A stretch of 39,064 nt of DNA from a virus: IMG/VR virus record IMGVR_UViG_3300029951_000066. One strand, given 5' to 3'. Position 1 is the first letter of the stretch, and each line of letters begins with the position of its first letter. Below the pieces are notes generated by a model. It saw nothing but the letters and a program-made list of their open reading frames with translations. It did no database searches and was not told the origin of the DNA. The translations under genes and the position numbers were made by a program. Positions 15,547 through 25,658 of the stretch are shown piece by piece.

Positions 15547-17723
15547 CCGACCAAGTAACACACGGCGCCAACGAGCCAACCCAGCGCACCGAAGAGGATC
15601 GCGAGTTTGCTGCGATCTCTGACGAAGAAATATGGCTCGAAGCAAAAGACCGCCTGCAGATCGCGGCTGAAGCTTATTCCGATAACCGCAAACGCGCTAA
15701 GGCTGCGATGCTGTTCCGTGACGGCGATCAGTGGGACCACGATACGGGCACGAGCGCTTCCGAGGATTCGCCTGAGCTGACCATCAACCTCACCGATGCA
15801 TTCGTGCGCCGCGTGGTGAACAACATCAAGCAGCAGCGTCCGCGCGGCAAGTGCCATCCGGTAGGCGATGGCGCCGATGTCGAGCTCGCCGAAATCATCA
15901 ACGGCATCGGTCGGCATGTTGAAACGCGTTCCGAAGCGTCGATCGCCTACGATCTGGCCGCCGAGCGTGCTGTAGATGCAGGCGAGGGCTACTTCCGGCT
16001 AGTCGCTGAGTATGTCGACCCGCGCTCGTTCCAGAAGGATCTACGCATCCTGCCGATCCGCAATATTTTCAGTGTGCACATGGACCCGAGCGCCATGATG
16101 CCTAGCGGCGCTGACCAGAACTGGTGCTTGATATCAGTCAAGATGAAGCGGCAGGAGTACCGCCGTCGCTACCCGAACGCGAAGAATGTGCAGTGGAACG
16201 ATATCGACCGCCAGCAGAGCCGCATCGACTGGGAAGACAAAGAGGAAATCCGGCTCGCCGAGTATTTCCGCATCCGTGAGAAGCCAGAGAAGCTCTATCA
16301 GATCGTCGACAAGACTGGCCAAGAGCATATGGTCTACCAGTCGGAGTTGAAGCGGATAACAGGCTCAGTGGCCTCGCTGAAAGATGCTGTCGATAGCTTA
16401 ACGCAGGCAGGCATTCGAATTGTCAACGAGCGTGACTCGGTAAAGCGCCAGGTGGAATGGTTCAGGCTCAATGGCCTGGTCGTAGTCGAGCGCCAGGAGT
16501 TGCCCGGAAGCATGATTCCGGTGTTTCGTGTCGATGGCAACACGATGGATGTGGACGGTGCGATCCGACGCAAGGGCATGGTCGATTCGATGATGGACCC
16601 TCAGCGCATGGTCAACTATGGCGAAGTGGCTAAGATCAAGCGTCTAGGGCTCGCGCCTAAAGCGCCGTGGGTCGCAGCAGAAGGGCAGCTTGACGGCCAC
16701 CCTGAGTGGGATAATGCAAACCAAAAGTCATACTCGGTACTGACATACAAGCCGATCGTCATCGAGACCGGCAGTCTGCCGATCATGATCCCAGCGCCAG
16801 CACGTCAGCCACCGGCACAAATCGAGGCGGGTTTCAGCGAGTTCGTGCAGGGTATGAGGTCTAACTTGGTCGCTGTGGCTGGCATGCCGAACGAGCCCGG
16901 ACAGGATCAGCAGGGTGTCGTTGTATCTGGCCGCGCCATAGACCGTCGTCAGTGGCTCTCAGATCAGTCGCACTTCCAGTATTACGACAACCTGACGCAG
17001 GCCATCGCCCAGTGCTGGCGCGTTATGGTCGAATGGATTCCGACTTACTACTCAGAACCAGGTCGCATGCAGCGCGTGATCGGCGAGGACTCGACGCCGC
17101 AGATGGTCAAGGTCAACGACAAAGAGACCGACGATGGCGGTATCGAGCGCGTCAAGAATGACCTCTCTATCGGCAAGTACGATGTCGTGATGGACACCGG
17201 TCCAGGCTATGAGACGAAACGCGAAGAGGGTGCATCGAATCTGGTCGAGATGATCAAGATCCCGCCGCTAGCAGAGATTATCGCCAAGACTGCCCCGGAT
17301 TTGGTATTCCGTTCGATAGACCATCCGTACATGCAGGAGTTGGCCGACCGGCTGATGGCCTCGAATCCCGAGGGCTTGAAGAAGATCATGGAGGGCCTAT
17401 CGAGCCGCGCCAAGAGCATCGTTCAGGCGCAGGCCAACCAGATCACGACGCTCCAGCAGCAGCTCCAGGCGGTGACAACGGAGATCAAGCAGGGATTGCA
17501 GAAGGCGCATATGGCGGCTGTCGTCAAAGCGCACGACACCGAGACACGTGCCGCTACGTCGCTGCAAGTCGAAGAAATCCGCGCCGGCGGCAAGATCATC
17601 GACTCAAACGCCGACCGTGGCCACGATGCGCGGATGCTCGAAAAACAGCTTTTGCATGATGCATCACAATCTGCGGCCGACCGAGCCGTTCAACCTCAGC
17701 AGCCCACCGGAGAGCAGCAATGA
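15543..17723 (+). CDS. Portal protein (large, about 726 aa)
   Basis: Size and position directly after the large terminase, ATGA-coupled; function inferred from synteny. Confidence 0.7.
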   Translation: MTDQVTHGANEPTQRTEEDREFAAISDEEIWLEAKDRLQIAAEAYSDNRKRAKAAMLFRDGDQWDHDTGTSASEDSPELTINLTDAFVRRVVNNIKQQRPRGKCHPVGDGADVELAEIINGIGRHVETRSEASIAYDLAAERAVDAGEGYFRLVAEYVDPRSFQKDLRILPIRNIFSVHMDPSAMMPSGADQNWCLISVKMKRQEYRRRYPNAKNVQWNDIDRQQSRIDWEDKEEIRLAEYFRIREKPEKLYQIVDKTGQEHMVYQSELKRITGSVASLKDAVDSLTQAGIRIVNERDSVKRQVEWFRLNGLVVVERQELPGSMIPVFRVDGNTMDVDGAIRRKGMVDSMMDPQRMVNYGEVAKIKRLGLAPKAPWVAAEGQLDGHPEWDNANQKSYSVLTYKPIVIETGSLPIMIPAPARQPPAQIEAGFSEFVQGMRSNLVAVAGMPNEPGQDQQGVVVSGRAIDRRQWLSDQSHFQYYDNLTQAIAQCWRVMVEWIPTYYSEPGRMQRVIGEDSTPQMVKVNDKETDDGGIERVKNDLSIGKYDVVMDTGPGYETKREEGASNLVEMIKIPPLAEIIAKTAPDLVFRSIDHPYMQELADRLMASNPEGLKKIMEGLSSRAKSIVQAQANQITTLQQQLQAVTTEIKQGLQKAHMAAVVKAHDTETRAATSLQVEEIRAGGKIIDSNADRGHDARMLEKQLLHDASQSAADRAVQPQQPTGEQQ

Positions 17724-17983
17724 ACTTTACGCATACGGCAAAACCAGTAAAGGTACGAGCTATCGAGATAGTTAGCATTGACAATGAGGCGCACAACAAC
17801 GGTTCATACGACGTGGCTCTCCGAGATGGTACAAACTCGATAATCACCGAAGAAATGACGGCTCGTTACTTTCCGATCGAAGGTGACTATCTGGTAACTC
17901 AGGAGGATGGGTATGTCTATATCAATCCGAAAGAGGTTTTCGAGCGTAAATATTCGCCACTCTTCGTTGGAGAATGCAAATGA
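17720..17983 (+). CDS. Hypothetical protein (87 aa)
   Basis: ORF with ATGA overlap with the portal gene. Confidence 0.5.
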   Translation: MNFTHTAKPVKVRAIEIVSIDNEAHNNGSYDVALRDGTNSIITEEMTARYFPIEGDYLVTQEDGYVYINPKEVFERKYSPLFVGECK

Positions 17984-19014
17984 CCGTAACCGTACTCGAT
18001 AGTACCGATCTGACTGGAATCCTGGCCGATGCCGGAGTCGAGTTGGATCAGCCCCAAGGTGATCAGCAAGTGCAAGCGCAAAAGCCCGAGGGCAAGGATG
18101 CCAGCAAGCCGACCGGGCAGCAGCAGGATCAAGACCAAGACGACGACGAAGATGAAAAAGGTCTGAGTGCCGCCGATAAGGAGGTGCTCACGAAGCGCAT
18201 GCAAAGGGCCGTCGGCAAGCAGCATCGCAAGCGCATGGAAGCCGAAGAGTTCGCCGAGGCCGAGTACAATCAGCGCCATCTTGCAGAGCAGCGCGCCGAG
18301 AATCTTGAGAAACAATTGGCGGCGCTCAAGCAAGGGAGTACCCCGGAGACGGTGGAAAGCACTGCACCGGTACCCCCATTGCGCCAGAATTTCTCCAGCG
18401 AGAACGATTGGGTGGACGCAATGATTCAGTACGGCGTCGACAAACGCCTGGCTGAAAAGGCCGAAGAAGACCGTACTGCGGCGCAAAAGCGCGAGTATGA
18501 CGAGCGTATCGAGACCGCCAAAGGCCGCATTGTGAAGGCCATAGACCTGGTGCCAGACTTCGAAGAAACGATCATGGGCAACGACTCTACGCTGTCGCCA
18601 GCCATCGGTACTTACCTCGAAGAATCCGAGATGGTGGCCGAACTGACCTACTATCTGGCCAAGAACCCGGATGTATTAGTTTCGCTACTGAAATTGTCGC
18701 CACACACCCAATTAGTGAAAATCGGAAAAATTGAGAGTACACTCACGCCATTCGGTGGTAGCACTCAAACCGAGCACGACAGCAAGTCGAGCAAAGAAGC
18801 ATCCAACGGGAAGGTCGCCAAGACCGAGCCGAGCACCAATACAGGCATTGACCTGAGCAAGCCGCGCAGCAAGCCGGCCCCGGTGTTCGCGCCGTTAGAT
18901 GCAGGCGGTAACGCAGCAGCTTCGAAAGATTCGAAGGATATGAACATCCGGGAATCAATCGAGGACTTTGCCAAGCGCAACCGCGTCAATCTCGGTTCAC
19001 GTAAGCGGCATTAA
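17980..19014 (+). CDS. Putative scaffolding protein
   Basis: Acidic, Q/E/K-rich sequence with predicted coiled coil, between portal and capsid; GGAGA RBS. Confidence 0.6.
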   Translation: MTVTVLDSTDLTGILADAGVELDQPQGDQQVQAQKPEGKDASKPTGQQQDQDQDDDEDEKGLSAADKEVLTKRMQRAVGKQHRKRMEAEEFAEAEYNQRHLAEQRAENLEKQLAALKQGSTPETVESTAPVPPLRQNFSSENDWVDAMIQYGVDKRLAEKAEEDRTAAQKREYDERIETAKGRIVKAIDLVPDFEETIMGNDSTLSPAIGTYLEESEMVAELTYYLAKNPDVLVSLLKLSPHTQLVKIGKIESTLTPFGGSTQTEHDSKSSKEASNGKVAKTEPSTNTGIDLSKPRSKPAPVFAPLDAGGNAAASKDSKDMNIRESIEDFAKRNRVNLGSRKRH

Positions 19015-19088
19015 GCCGCATCTCCGGTGGTCCCTAAGCTGCGCTTTTGCGGATGCTTTGCGCCTCATGGCGCGCTTAGGAGCTACAC

Positions 19089-20474
19089 GTGTCAAATCAG
19101 CTACTCACGATCAGCCAGATCACCAACCGGGCACTCCCGGTTCTGGCAAACATGTGCGTTTTGACGGACAAATTCAACCGCCAGTACGACAAAGAATTCG
19201 GGCAAAAGGGCCGCAAGATCGGTGCGACGTGTAACGTCCGCCTGCCCCCGCGCTACCTCGGTACTTTCGGCCCTGCGCTCAATGTCGAGCCCAGCACGGA
19301 GAACTACGTACCGGTCAACATCCTGTATCAGTTCCACGTCGACATCCAGTTCAACACCATCAACATGCTGTTGGACATCGACGACTTCGAAGAGCGCTTC
19401 ATCCACCCGGCTTGCGTCGCAGTGGGTAACCGCATCGATTCGGACGGCGCCTACTTCGCTTTGCAGAACACCGCAAACCGTCAAGGCACGCCCGGTACGC
19501 CCCCCGGCAGCGGCCAGACCGCACAGGCGGCGCTCCAAGCATTCACCAACGCTCGCGCTATCCTCGTGTCGGAAGGCATGCCCAAGGGCTTGATCCCGAC
19601 CGCCGTGATGCACCCAATTGCCAATGCGTTCCTGACGCCGGCACTGTCGGGCCTCTTCAATCCGCAAGCGAACATCAGCGACTACTTCGAGACGGGCATG
19701 ATCGCCTTGAAGACCGCCGGCGCCGACTGGTTCGAAGATCCGAACATCGCCAACTATACGACTGGCACCTTGACTGGTACGCCGGTCTTGGCTGGCGTGA
19801 CTACGGCTTCTGCTGGTTCGGCGTTGCTCACTTCGGGCTGGGCGCAGACGGGTGTGTTGAACATCCAAGGCTTGACCAACACTGCAGCTCAGTGCACGGT
19901 CGGCGACACGATCCAGATCGCCGGTATCTTCCCGGTCAACCCGCAGAACCGCGGCAGCTACGGCACCACGCTCAAGCAGTTCGTGGTGCTTCCTCCGGGC
20001 GGCTACGCGCAACTCACTGGGTCGGCTGCGCCTGGCGGTCCCGGCTTCGCTCCTGCGACGCTCGCGGCTGGCACGTTCAACGCAACGACCGGCGTCTATA
20101 CGTCGAGCGGTACCGGCACGCTGTCGGTAACGATCGGCGAGTGCGTGATCACGGGCGGCCAGTTCCAGAACTGCCAAGCGCGTGCTGCATTCACTGGGAA
20201 CCCGGCTGTGACGATCAACGGCGGCGCAGCAGCGGCGACCTCCTCGACGGAAAATCTGTACTTCCATCGGGATGCCTTCGCACTGGCCTTCGTCGATTTG
20301 CCGCTGCCGCGCACCGCGGTCGAAGCAAGTCGAGCATTCGATGAAGATCTCGGTCTATCGATCCGGGTTGCAACGCAATATACGATCAATAACGACGCGG
20401 AACCGACACGTATGGATGTGGCATACGGATTTTCGAGCCTCTATCGTTCGCTGGCTTGCCGCGTGTCGGGCTAA
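19089..20474 (+). CDS. Major capsid protein (GTG start)
   Basis: 461-aa ORF after the scaffold; AGGAG RBS six nt upstream of the GTG; followed by a small gene and a terminator. Confidence 0.7.
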   Translation: MSNQLLTISQITNRALPVLANMCVLTDKFNRQYDKEFGQKGRKIGATCNVRLPPRYLGTFGPALNVEPSTENYVPVNILYQFHVDIQFNTINMLLDIDDFEERFIHPACVAVGNRIDSDGAYFALQNTANRQGTPGTPPGSGQTAQAALQAFTNARAILVSEGMPKGLIPTAVMHPIANAFLTPALSGLFNPQANISDYFETGMIALKTAGADWFEDPNIANYTTGTLTGTPVLAGVTTASAGSALLTSGWAQTGVLNIQGLTNTAAQCTVGDTIQIAGIFPVNPQNRGSYGTTLKQFVVLPPGGYAQLTGSAAPGGPGFAPATLAAGTFNATTGVYTSSGTGTLSVTIGECVITGGQFQNCQARAAFTGNPAVTINGGAAAATSSTENLYFHRDAFALAFVDLPLPRTAVEASRAFDEDLGLSIRVATQYTINNDAEPTRMDVAYGFSSLYRSLACRVSG

Positions 20475-20486
20475 GGAGAAAATATC

Positions 20487-20894
20487 ATGGCATTCCCTTC
20501 AAGCACTAACGTCGATGGCTCGAATCCTGGGCCGAACGTAGCGACTCAGCCGGATACCGTCCAGTCGCCGATCGGTAACGTCCAGAAGACGGGGATTTTC
20601 TCCATCGCTCTGACGCCCACCGCTGTGGCGGCAAACACGACTGCCGAACAGACCTTTGCTGCAACCGGCATTGGCCTGTTGGTTACCGACAATGTGGATG
20701 TGAGCAAGCCGAGCTTCCAAGCTGGTTTGGGTATCGTGAACGTTCGCGTGTCGGCAGTCGATACGCTTGCGATCACTTATATCAACGCAACCGCATCGCC
20801 GATCACGCCCACCGCTGAAACGTATCAGGTCAACGTTCTGCGCGTCCAACCCAACTGGATCAAGCCCGCTTCTGGCAACCAGATGGACTGGTAA
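20487..20894 (+). CDS. Putative head decoration or minor capsid protein (135 aa)
   Basis: ORF with AAGGAGA RBS immediately after the capsid gene; beta-rich. Confidence 0.5.
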   Translation: MAFPSSTNVDGSNPGPNVATQPDTVQSPIGNVQKTGIFSIALTPTAVAANTTAEQTFAATGIGLLVTDNVDVSKPSFQAGLGIVNVRVSAVDTLAITYINATASPITPTAETYQVNVLRVQPNWIKPASGNQMDW

Positions 20895-20925
20895 TCGAGT
20901 CTCCTCGGGTGGCCTCGGGGCCTTG

Positions 20926-20955
20926 GGGCCGCCTTAGGGCGGCTCTTTTTCTTTC
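20926..20955 (+). terminator. Putative rho-independent terminator
   Basis: GC stem gccgcc/ggcggc with ttag loop followed by tctttttctttc. Confidence 0.45.
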
Positions 20956-20961
20956 GGATGA

Positions 20962-21300
20962 ATGGGTATGGCGACGATGCCGAATCTGGTTGGCCTGAAC
21001 TATCGAGCGGCTACCGTGGCGCTGATCGAGGCCAATATCGTTCCGAACGATGGCTCTGTGCCGAACGCTCAGACTTCTGCGCCGACAGTTGGATATTTCT
21101 CCCCTTGGCCGGTGGCCATCGTGTGGCAACCCGGAGCGCCGGTAGACGTCGTAACAGCGCAATCGCCAGCAGCAGGGCAACCGGTCACAGTGACCAACAC
21201 GACTCCGGTGAGCGAAGCCTACACGCCGCCAATAACGCTTACGGTCAATGCGCCGAAGATGGCCGTGTCCAGCCAGTTCACCGCGGGAGCTTTTTCATGA
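20962..21300 (+). CDS. Hypothetical virion-associated protein (112 aa)
   Basis: ORF whose stop overlaps the next ATG (ATGA). Confidence 0.5.
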   Translation: MGMATMPNLVGLNYRAATVALIEANIVPNDGSVPNAQTSAPTVGYFSPWPVAIVWQPGAPVDVVTAQSPAAGQPVTVTNTTPVSEAYTPPITLTVNAPKMAVSSQFTAGAFS

Positions 21301-22289
21301 CCATTGGAACCACTACGGCAGAGAGCCTCATCAAAGGGGCGCTGCGTCGCATCAATTCGTATCAGTCTGGCGAGCAGCTCGCGGAGTTCGACGCTGCGGA
21401 TTGTTTGGACACGCTGAACGATTTGCTCGACTCGCTCAGCCTGGATAAAGACCATATATTTGGCTCGCAGGAAAACATTCTTTCGTGGACGGCGCAGCAG
21501 CGCCTGTACAAGATAGGCAATCCGGTATGCACCCTGCTCGGACTGCAGCCTTTTACCGGGACTCTAACGGCAGGCTCACCGGTCATAGCCGGAATTACCA
21601 ACCTGCCGCCGCAGCTTGTCTCCGGACAGAATCCGGCTTTTCAGGTTGGCTCCGGCTCGATCCTGTCAGATGCGCAGGGACTGATTCCGGTCAATGCCAC
21701 AGTGCTGTCGGTAACGCCGACGACCATAACGATGTCTGCGCCGGCGATCGGAAACTCTGCCGGCCTGGATAGCATCACCTTCACAGTCCCCGGTGACTTG
21801 CCGATTCCGCGCCCGCTGCGCATCACGCACGGATTCACACGCTTCAATGCGCTCGATTTCACGCTTGACGTCTACGCTACGGAAACACAGTACACGCAAT
21901 TCCTATACAAGGCCCAGCCTGGGCCGTGGCCTACCGTGGCATGGTACAACAATACGTTCCCGTATGGCCTTCTGAATGTCTACCAGACCCCGGGTAACAG
22001 CACAGAGTGCCATCTGTTCACGGATACGATCCTACAAAATCTTACGTTGCAGCAAGTCCTTGTCATGCCTCAGGGCTACAGCCGAATGCTCAAGTGGCTG
22101 CTCGCGAAAGAAATCTGTGCGGAGTATGGCTTCCCGCTTACTCCGGCCATCACGTTGAATGCGAAGGAGGCGCGAGAGTTTGTAAAAGCGCTCAATGCGA
22201 AGCCGGCGAACGTGTCGAACTATGACCGTGAGCTGTCGCGAGGGAACAGGCCCGATGGCGGATGGGTGACTCATGGAGGTTACCGATAA
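21297..22289 (+). CDS. Putative head-tail adaptor or tail tube protein (330 aa)
   Basis: ORF with GGGAG RBS; position in structural module. Confidence 0.5.
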   Translation: MTIGTTTAESLIKGALRRINSYQSGEQLAEFDAADCLDTLNDLLDSLSLDKDHIFGSQENILSWTAQQRLYKIGNPVCTLLGLQPFTGTLTAGSPVIAGITNLPPQLVSGQNPAFQVGSGSILSDAQGLIPVNATVLSVTPTTITMSAPAIGNSAGLDSITFTVPGDLPIPRPLRITHGFTRFNALDFTLDVYATETQYTQFLYKAQPGPWPTVAWYNNTFPYGLLNVYQTPGNSTECHLFTDTILQNLTLQQVLVMPQGYSRMLKWLLAKEICAEYGFPLTPAITLNAKEAREFVKALNAKPANVSNYDRELSRGNRPDGGWVTHGGYR

Positions 22290-23929
22290 TGCCAGGCGGT
22301 AATAACGGACCTCTGAACCTGTTCGGTGATTTTGGCCTGGCTGGCGGTCAGGACAATGCGCCTAACCATCTGCAAGACGATCAGATGTGCATCAACATGT
22401 ACGCCGAGGTCGATCCGGGCAACTCCAAAGAGGTGCTTGGTCTGCTGGGTTGCCCAGGCCTAAACCAACTTGTCGCCGCACCTGTCGCCGGGGCCGGTGC
22501 GCCCGGATTCACTTCGACAATGACCGTGTGGCCCATGCCGTACTCCGGCCCTTCGCTGGAGGTGCGCGGGCTGTGGGAGCTTCCGGCCAATAACGACACG
22601 GTGCCGAACGGGACGGGTAGCACGGTCGATACGACAGCCCTAGCGGTCATTGGAAACACTTGCTATCTCGTCACTGCGACAATGACGGCGCCCACCGTGT
22701 TTCCCACCTTGTCTCTGACTTCGGTCGGTACGCTCCAAACCAGCACCGGCCCCGTGCACATCCGCGACAACAATACGGGCGGCGGCAACGCCGTGATCGT
22801 AGATGGCCCGAACGGTTATCTCTATGACATAGCGACGCAGGCCTTCACTCAGATCAACGATCCGAGTTTTCTAGGCTCAGATACGGTTGCCTATATCGAC
22901 GGTTGGTGGATCTTCAACAAGCCGGGCACACAGACGTTCTATTCGAACTCGCAGCCGTATAGCCTGACGTTCAATGCGCTGTTCTTCGCACTCAAGGATG
23001 CCGCGGCTGACAACCTCGTGGCCGTGATCGAGAACAAAGAGCTGCTGTGGTTGATAGGCGATAAGACGACAGAGATTTGGTACAACGCTGGCGGCGCGCC
23101 AGGTGGTGTAGGCGCGACCTTTGCCTTTCAGCGCATTGTCGGCACCCTTTTGCAGGTCGGTTGCAAGGCTAAACACTCGGTGGCTCGCTATGGGTCCCAG
23201 GGTCAGGAAGGGTTGATCTGGTTCGGGCGGTCGGAGCGCGGCGAGAATGTGATCGTGCGGACGCAAGGCTTTCTCGATCAGGTCATATCTACGCCTTCTT
23301 TCGGTGCGGAGGTGGCCACATACGCGACCACCGACGACGCAATCGGATACACCTATCAGGAAGACACGCATGAATTCTATGTGCTGATATTCCCGACCGC
23401 AGACACGTGCTGGTGCTATGACGGGCAATCAGGGCTGCTGCACAAGCGCCTTTCGTACGATCCGTATGCAAAGGAGTTCCATCGCCACCGTTCGAACGCA
23501 TTCATGAACTTCCAGGGTATGCGCGTCGTTGGCGACTATCAAAACGGGGCTCTGTACCAACTTACGAGAGCCGCCTATACCGATGCTGGCTGGCCACTGC
23601 TGGCAAAGCGACGCGCACCACATATTTGGGACGGCGGGCAACGCGGACGTGTTTTCATGCAAAGCCTACAACTCGATTTTAACGTTGGGGTCGGCAACCC
23701 AAGCGGCATGGGTACGAATCCGCGCTGCGGACTCTCGATCTCTCGCGATGGCGGCAGGACATTCGGCGATCGTATGTATGCGCCGATGGGTGCAATAGGT
23801 GAGTATCGCACACGCACGATGTGGCGCAAGCTAGGCTGGGGCCGGGATAATGTGGTCGATCTGGAAGTGATCGATCCAGTGAATCGCGACCTTGTTGGTG
23901 CAACGATGAAAGCATTCAGTTCAGCATGA
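22289..23929 (+). CDS. Putative tail structural protein (546 aa)
   Basis: ORF with GGAGG RBS at the internal ATG (MPGGNNGP); large beta-rich protein in the tail region. Confidence 0.55.
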   Translation: MPGGNNGPLNLFGDFGLAGGQDNAPNHLQDDQMCINMYAEVDPGNSKEVLGLLGCPGLNQLVAAPVAGAGAPGFTSTMTVWPMPYSGPSLEVRGLWELPANNDTVPNGTGSTVDTTALAVIGNTCYLVTATMTAPTVFPTLSLTSVGTLQTSTGPVHIRDNNTGGGNAVIVDGPNGYLYDIATQAFTQINDPSFLGSDTVAYIDGWWIFNKPGTQTFYSNSQPYSLTFNALFFALKDAAADNLVAVIENKELLWLIGDKTTEIWYNAGGAPGGVGATFAFQRIVGTLLQVGCKAKHSVARYGSQGQEGLIWFGRSERGENVIVRTQGFLDQVISTPSFGAEVATYATTDDAIGYTYQEDTHEFYVLIFPTADTCWCYDGQSGLLHKRLSYDPYAKEFHRHRSNAFMNFQGMRVVGDYQNGALYQLTRAAYTDAGWPLLAKRRAPHIWDGGQRGRVFMQSLQLDFNVGVGNPSGMGTNPRCGLSISRDGGRTFGDRMYAPMGAIGEYRTRTMWRKLGWGRDNVVDLEVIDPVNRDLVGATMKAFSSA

Positions 23930-24729
23930 GCGGTCTGCCTACTCTCATTCCTCCGCAAAGCGTCCCTATCTCGGTCGACGGCCAGGGTGCACCTGCATTT
24001 TTGAACATCAACTGGTATCTGTTCCTCTATAACCTAGGTGTACAGGTGCTGGGGACTGGATCCGGGGGCGGCGGCACTACACCTGTTTCTCCGTTCGACG
24101 CACTGGATGCGGCCAACTTATTCGCGCAAGGTGCGGATGTCCCGCAGGCATACCGAGGACTGGAAAATCTGGCCACGCTTATCGCTGGTGGCGCTCTTGT
24201 AGACCCCTCGCCACGTGCTCAGCCAGCACAGAATATCACTGTCGGTGCATCTCCGTTCACCTATACCGCGCTTCATGACGGAACCCTGTCCGTGAGCAAT
24301 GGCGTCGCGTCATCGATCGTAATTATCCGACAGGGAATTGTTGTTCCTACCGGAATAACGCTTTCCAGCGCAGGTGTTATCGGCGCTCTGACTGATGAGA
24401 AGGGGTCTGGTGGCCTGCCTGGTTTTGTGGCTGGCACCGATTTCACTCCCGGCACGACTACCGCTCTCACTCTTTCCCAGGCCTATGGCAGCGCATCCAA
24501 TCTCTGGATAGCCTTTGATGCGGCTGAGCAGGGGCCAAATACTTATTCATTGAGCGGCACCACGCTGACGTTTAACGCGCCGATTCCAGTCGGAACCGCG
24601 AATGTATTCGTGAAAGGTGCCGTTCCCTCGACGCTCAGTTCGCTTGGTGGGCTAATTCCATTGCGGCGCTTGGATCAAGTTCGTATCACGTATACCGGAT
24701 TGCCTCTCGTCGTATTTCTGCCGGACTAG
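23926..24729 (+). CDS. Tail fiber-like protein (267 aa) sharing an N-terminal anchor module with the tailspike
   Basis: Segment SNLWIAFDAAEQGPNTYSLSGTTLTFNAPIPVGTANVFVKGA is homologous to tailspike residues around 32150-32340. Confidence 0.6.
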   Translation: MSGLPTLIPPQSVPISVDGQGAPAFLNINWYLFLYNLGVQVLGTGSGGGGTTPVSPFDALDAANLFAQGADVPQAYRGLENLATLIAGGALVDPSPRAQPAQNITVGASPFTYTALHDGTLSVSNGVASSIVIIRQGIVVPTGITLSSAGVIGALTDEKGSGGLPGFVAGTDFTPGTTTALTLSQAYGSASNLWIAFDAAEQGPNTYSLSGTTLTFNAPIPVGTANVFVKGAVPSTLSSLGGLIPLRRLDQVRITYTGLPLVVFLPD

Positions 24730-24737
24730 GAGACCTC

Positions 24738-25073
24738 ATGACCACGATTACGCCGGTTCAAATTGTCGCGCCACAGCAACTAGCGGCGGTCGACACGTCC
24801 GTATATACTTCCGGTACGCAGACATCGACCCAAATTGGTCGCGCGGTGTTCACCAACACCACGGCGAGTGCAGTCACAATCACTGCCGGTATCTCTACCG
24901 GTGGAGCACTCGGAGCAACATCAATGATCTCTGCACGCACTATTGCCCCCGGCGAATCCTACGTATCGCCTGAACTCGCGGGCGCTGTCATCCCTGCAGG
25001 CTCACAGCTACGCGCCTTCTCTAGCGCCGCTACGTCTGTGTCATTCACCGCTTCCGGCGTCCTGATCCAGTAG
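24738..25073 (+). CDS. Hypothetical small beta-rich protein (111 aa)
   Basis: ORF with AGGAGA RBS. Confidence 0.5.
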   Translation: MTTITPVQIVAPQQLAAVDTSVYTSGTQTSTQIGRAVFTNTTASAVTITAGISTGGALGATSMISARTIAPGESYVSPELAGAVIPAGSQLRAFSSAATSVSFTASGVLIQ

Positions 25074-25079
25074 GCGATC

Positions 25080-25658
25080 ATGCGGAACTTTCAAAAAATA
25101 TTCGAAGGTGTTACGGTCGCGCCGCTTCTAAATGCGCTGTACCGAAAACCCGAACTATGGAAAGCCGATGACTTCCTTAGAAAGTTTCCACAAGGCCCGT
25201 TTGGCGAGACAGATACGATCTATCTTCGGTTCCAAGACAAATTGCAGGTTATTGATGATTCGGAAGTTAAGGCTTACGAAGAAAATCGCCTAGCAGGCCA
25301 TGACCTCCACGAATGTCCGTGGCGACCAGAAATGAATGAGTTGCCGGAGGCGCGGACACATATCAGCGCTCTAATGAGCGGTATGGGAGCAACTCGGCTA
25401 GGGCGCTGCATGATTAACCGCATCGCTCCAGGCGGGCATATTTTTCCTCATGCAGATACGAAATGGCACGCGGACTATTGGGACCGCTATCACCTAGTTC
25501 TGCAGTCGGAGCCGGGTAACGTTTTCCGATGTGGCAACGAGCAAGTGCACATGCGGCCTGGCGAACTATGGTGGTTCGAAAATGCTATTGAGCATGAGGT
25601 CACGAATAACAGCGCAAATGACCGCATTCACATGATCATCGATCTGAGGTTTTCGTGA
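25080..25658 (+). CDS. Aspartyl/asparaginyl beta-hydroxylase-family 2OG-Fe(II) oxygenase (cupin fold)
   Basis: C-terminal DRYHLVLQSEPGNVFRCGNEQVHMRPGELWWFENAIEHEVTNNSANDRIHMIIDL aligns by eye with the ASPH catalytic core (R.HL.L...G...RC.NE...G...F...EHEV...S..R...D); HxD-like PHAD upstream. Confidence 0.75.
   Translation: MRNFQKIFEGVTVAPLLNALYRKPELWKADDFLRKFPQGPFGETDTIYLRFQDKLQVIDDSEVKAYEENRLAGHDLHECPWRPEMNELPEARTHISALMSGMGATRLGRCMINRIAPGGHIFPHADTKWHADYWDRYHLVLQSEPGNVFRCGNEQVHMRPGELWWFENAIEHEVTNNSANDRIHMIIDLRFS

Noticed and set aside
19101-20267. 388-aa minus-strand ORF antisense to the major capsid gene
   Set aside because: Extremely Arg/Ala-rich antisense frame of a GC-rich, well-supported capsid gene; no RBS; conflicts with the plus-strand operon.
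20958-21296. N-terminal part of the 443-aa plus ORF (20958-22289)
   Set aside because: Overlaps the better-supported 112-aa gene (20962-21300) in another frame. The downstream portion has its own GGGAG RBS and ATG at 21297 with an ATGA overlap, so the upstream extension is most likely non-coding in that frame.
23926-24729. Diversity-generating retroelement (template/variable repeat pair) targeting the tail fiber
   Set aside because: No reverse transcriptase gene is present in the genome, and the two homologous tail modules (24430-24630 and 32150-32340) differ throughout at the DNA level rather than at adenine-specific positions.
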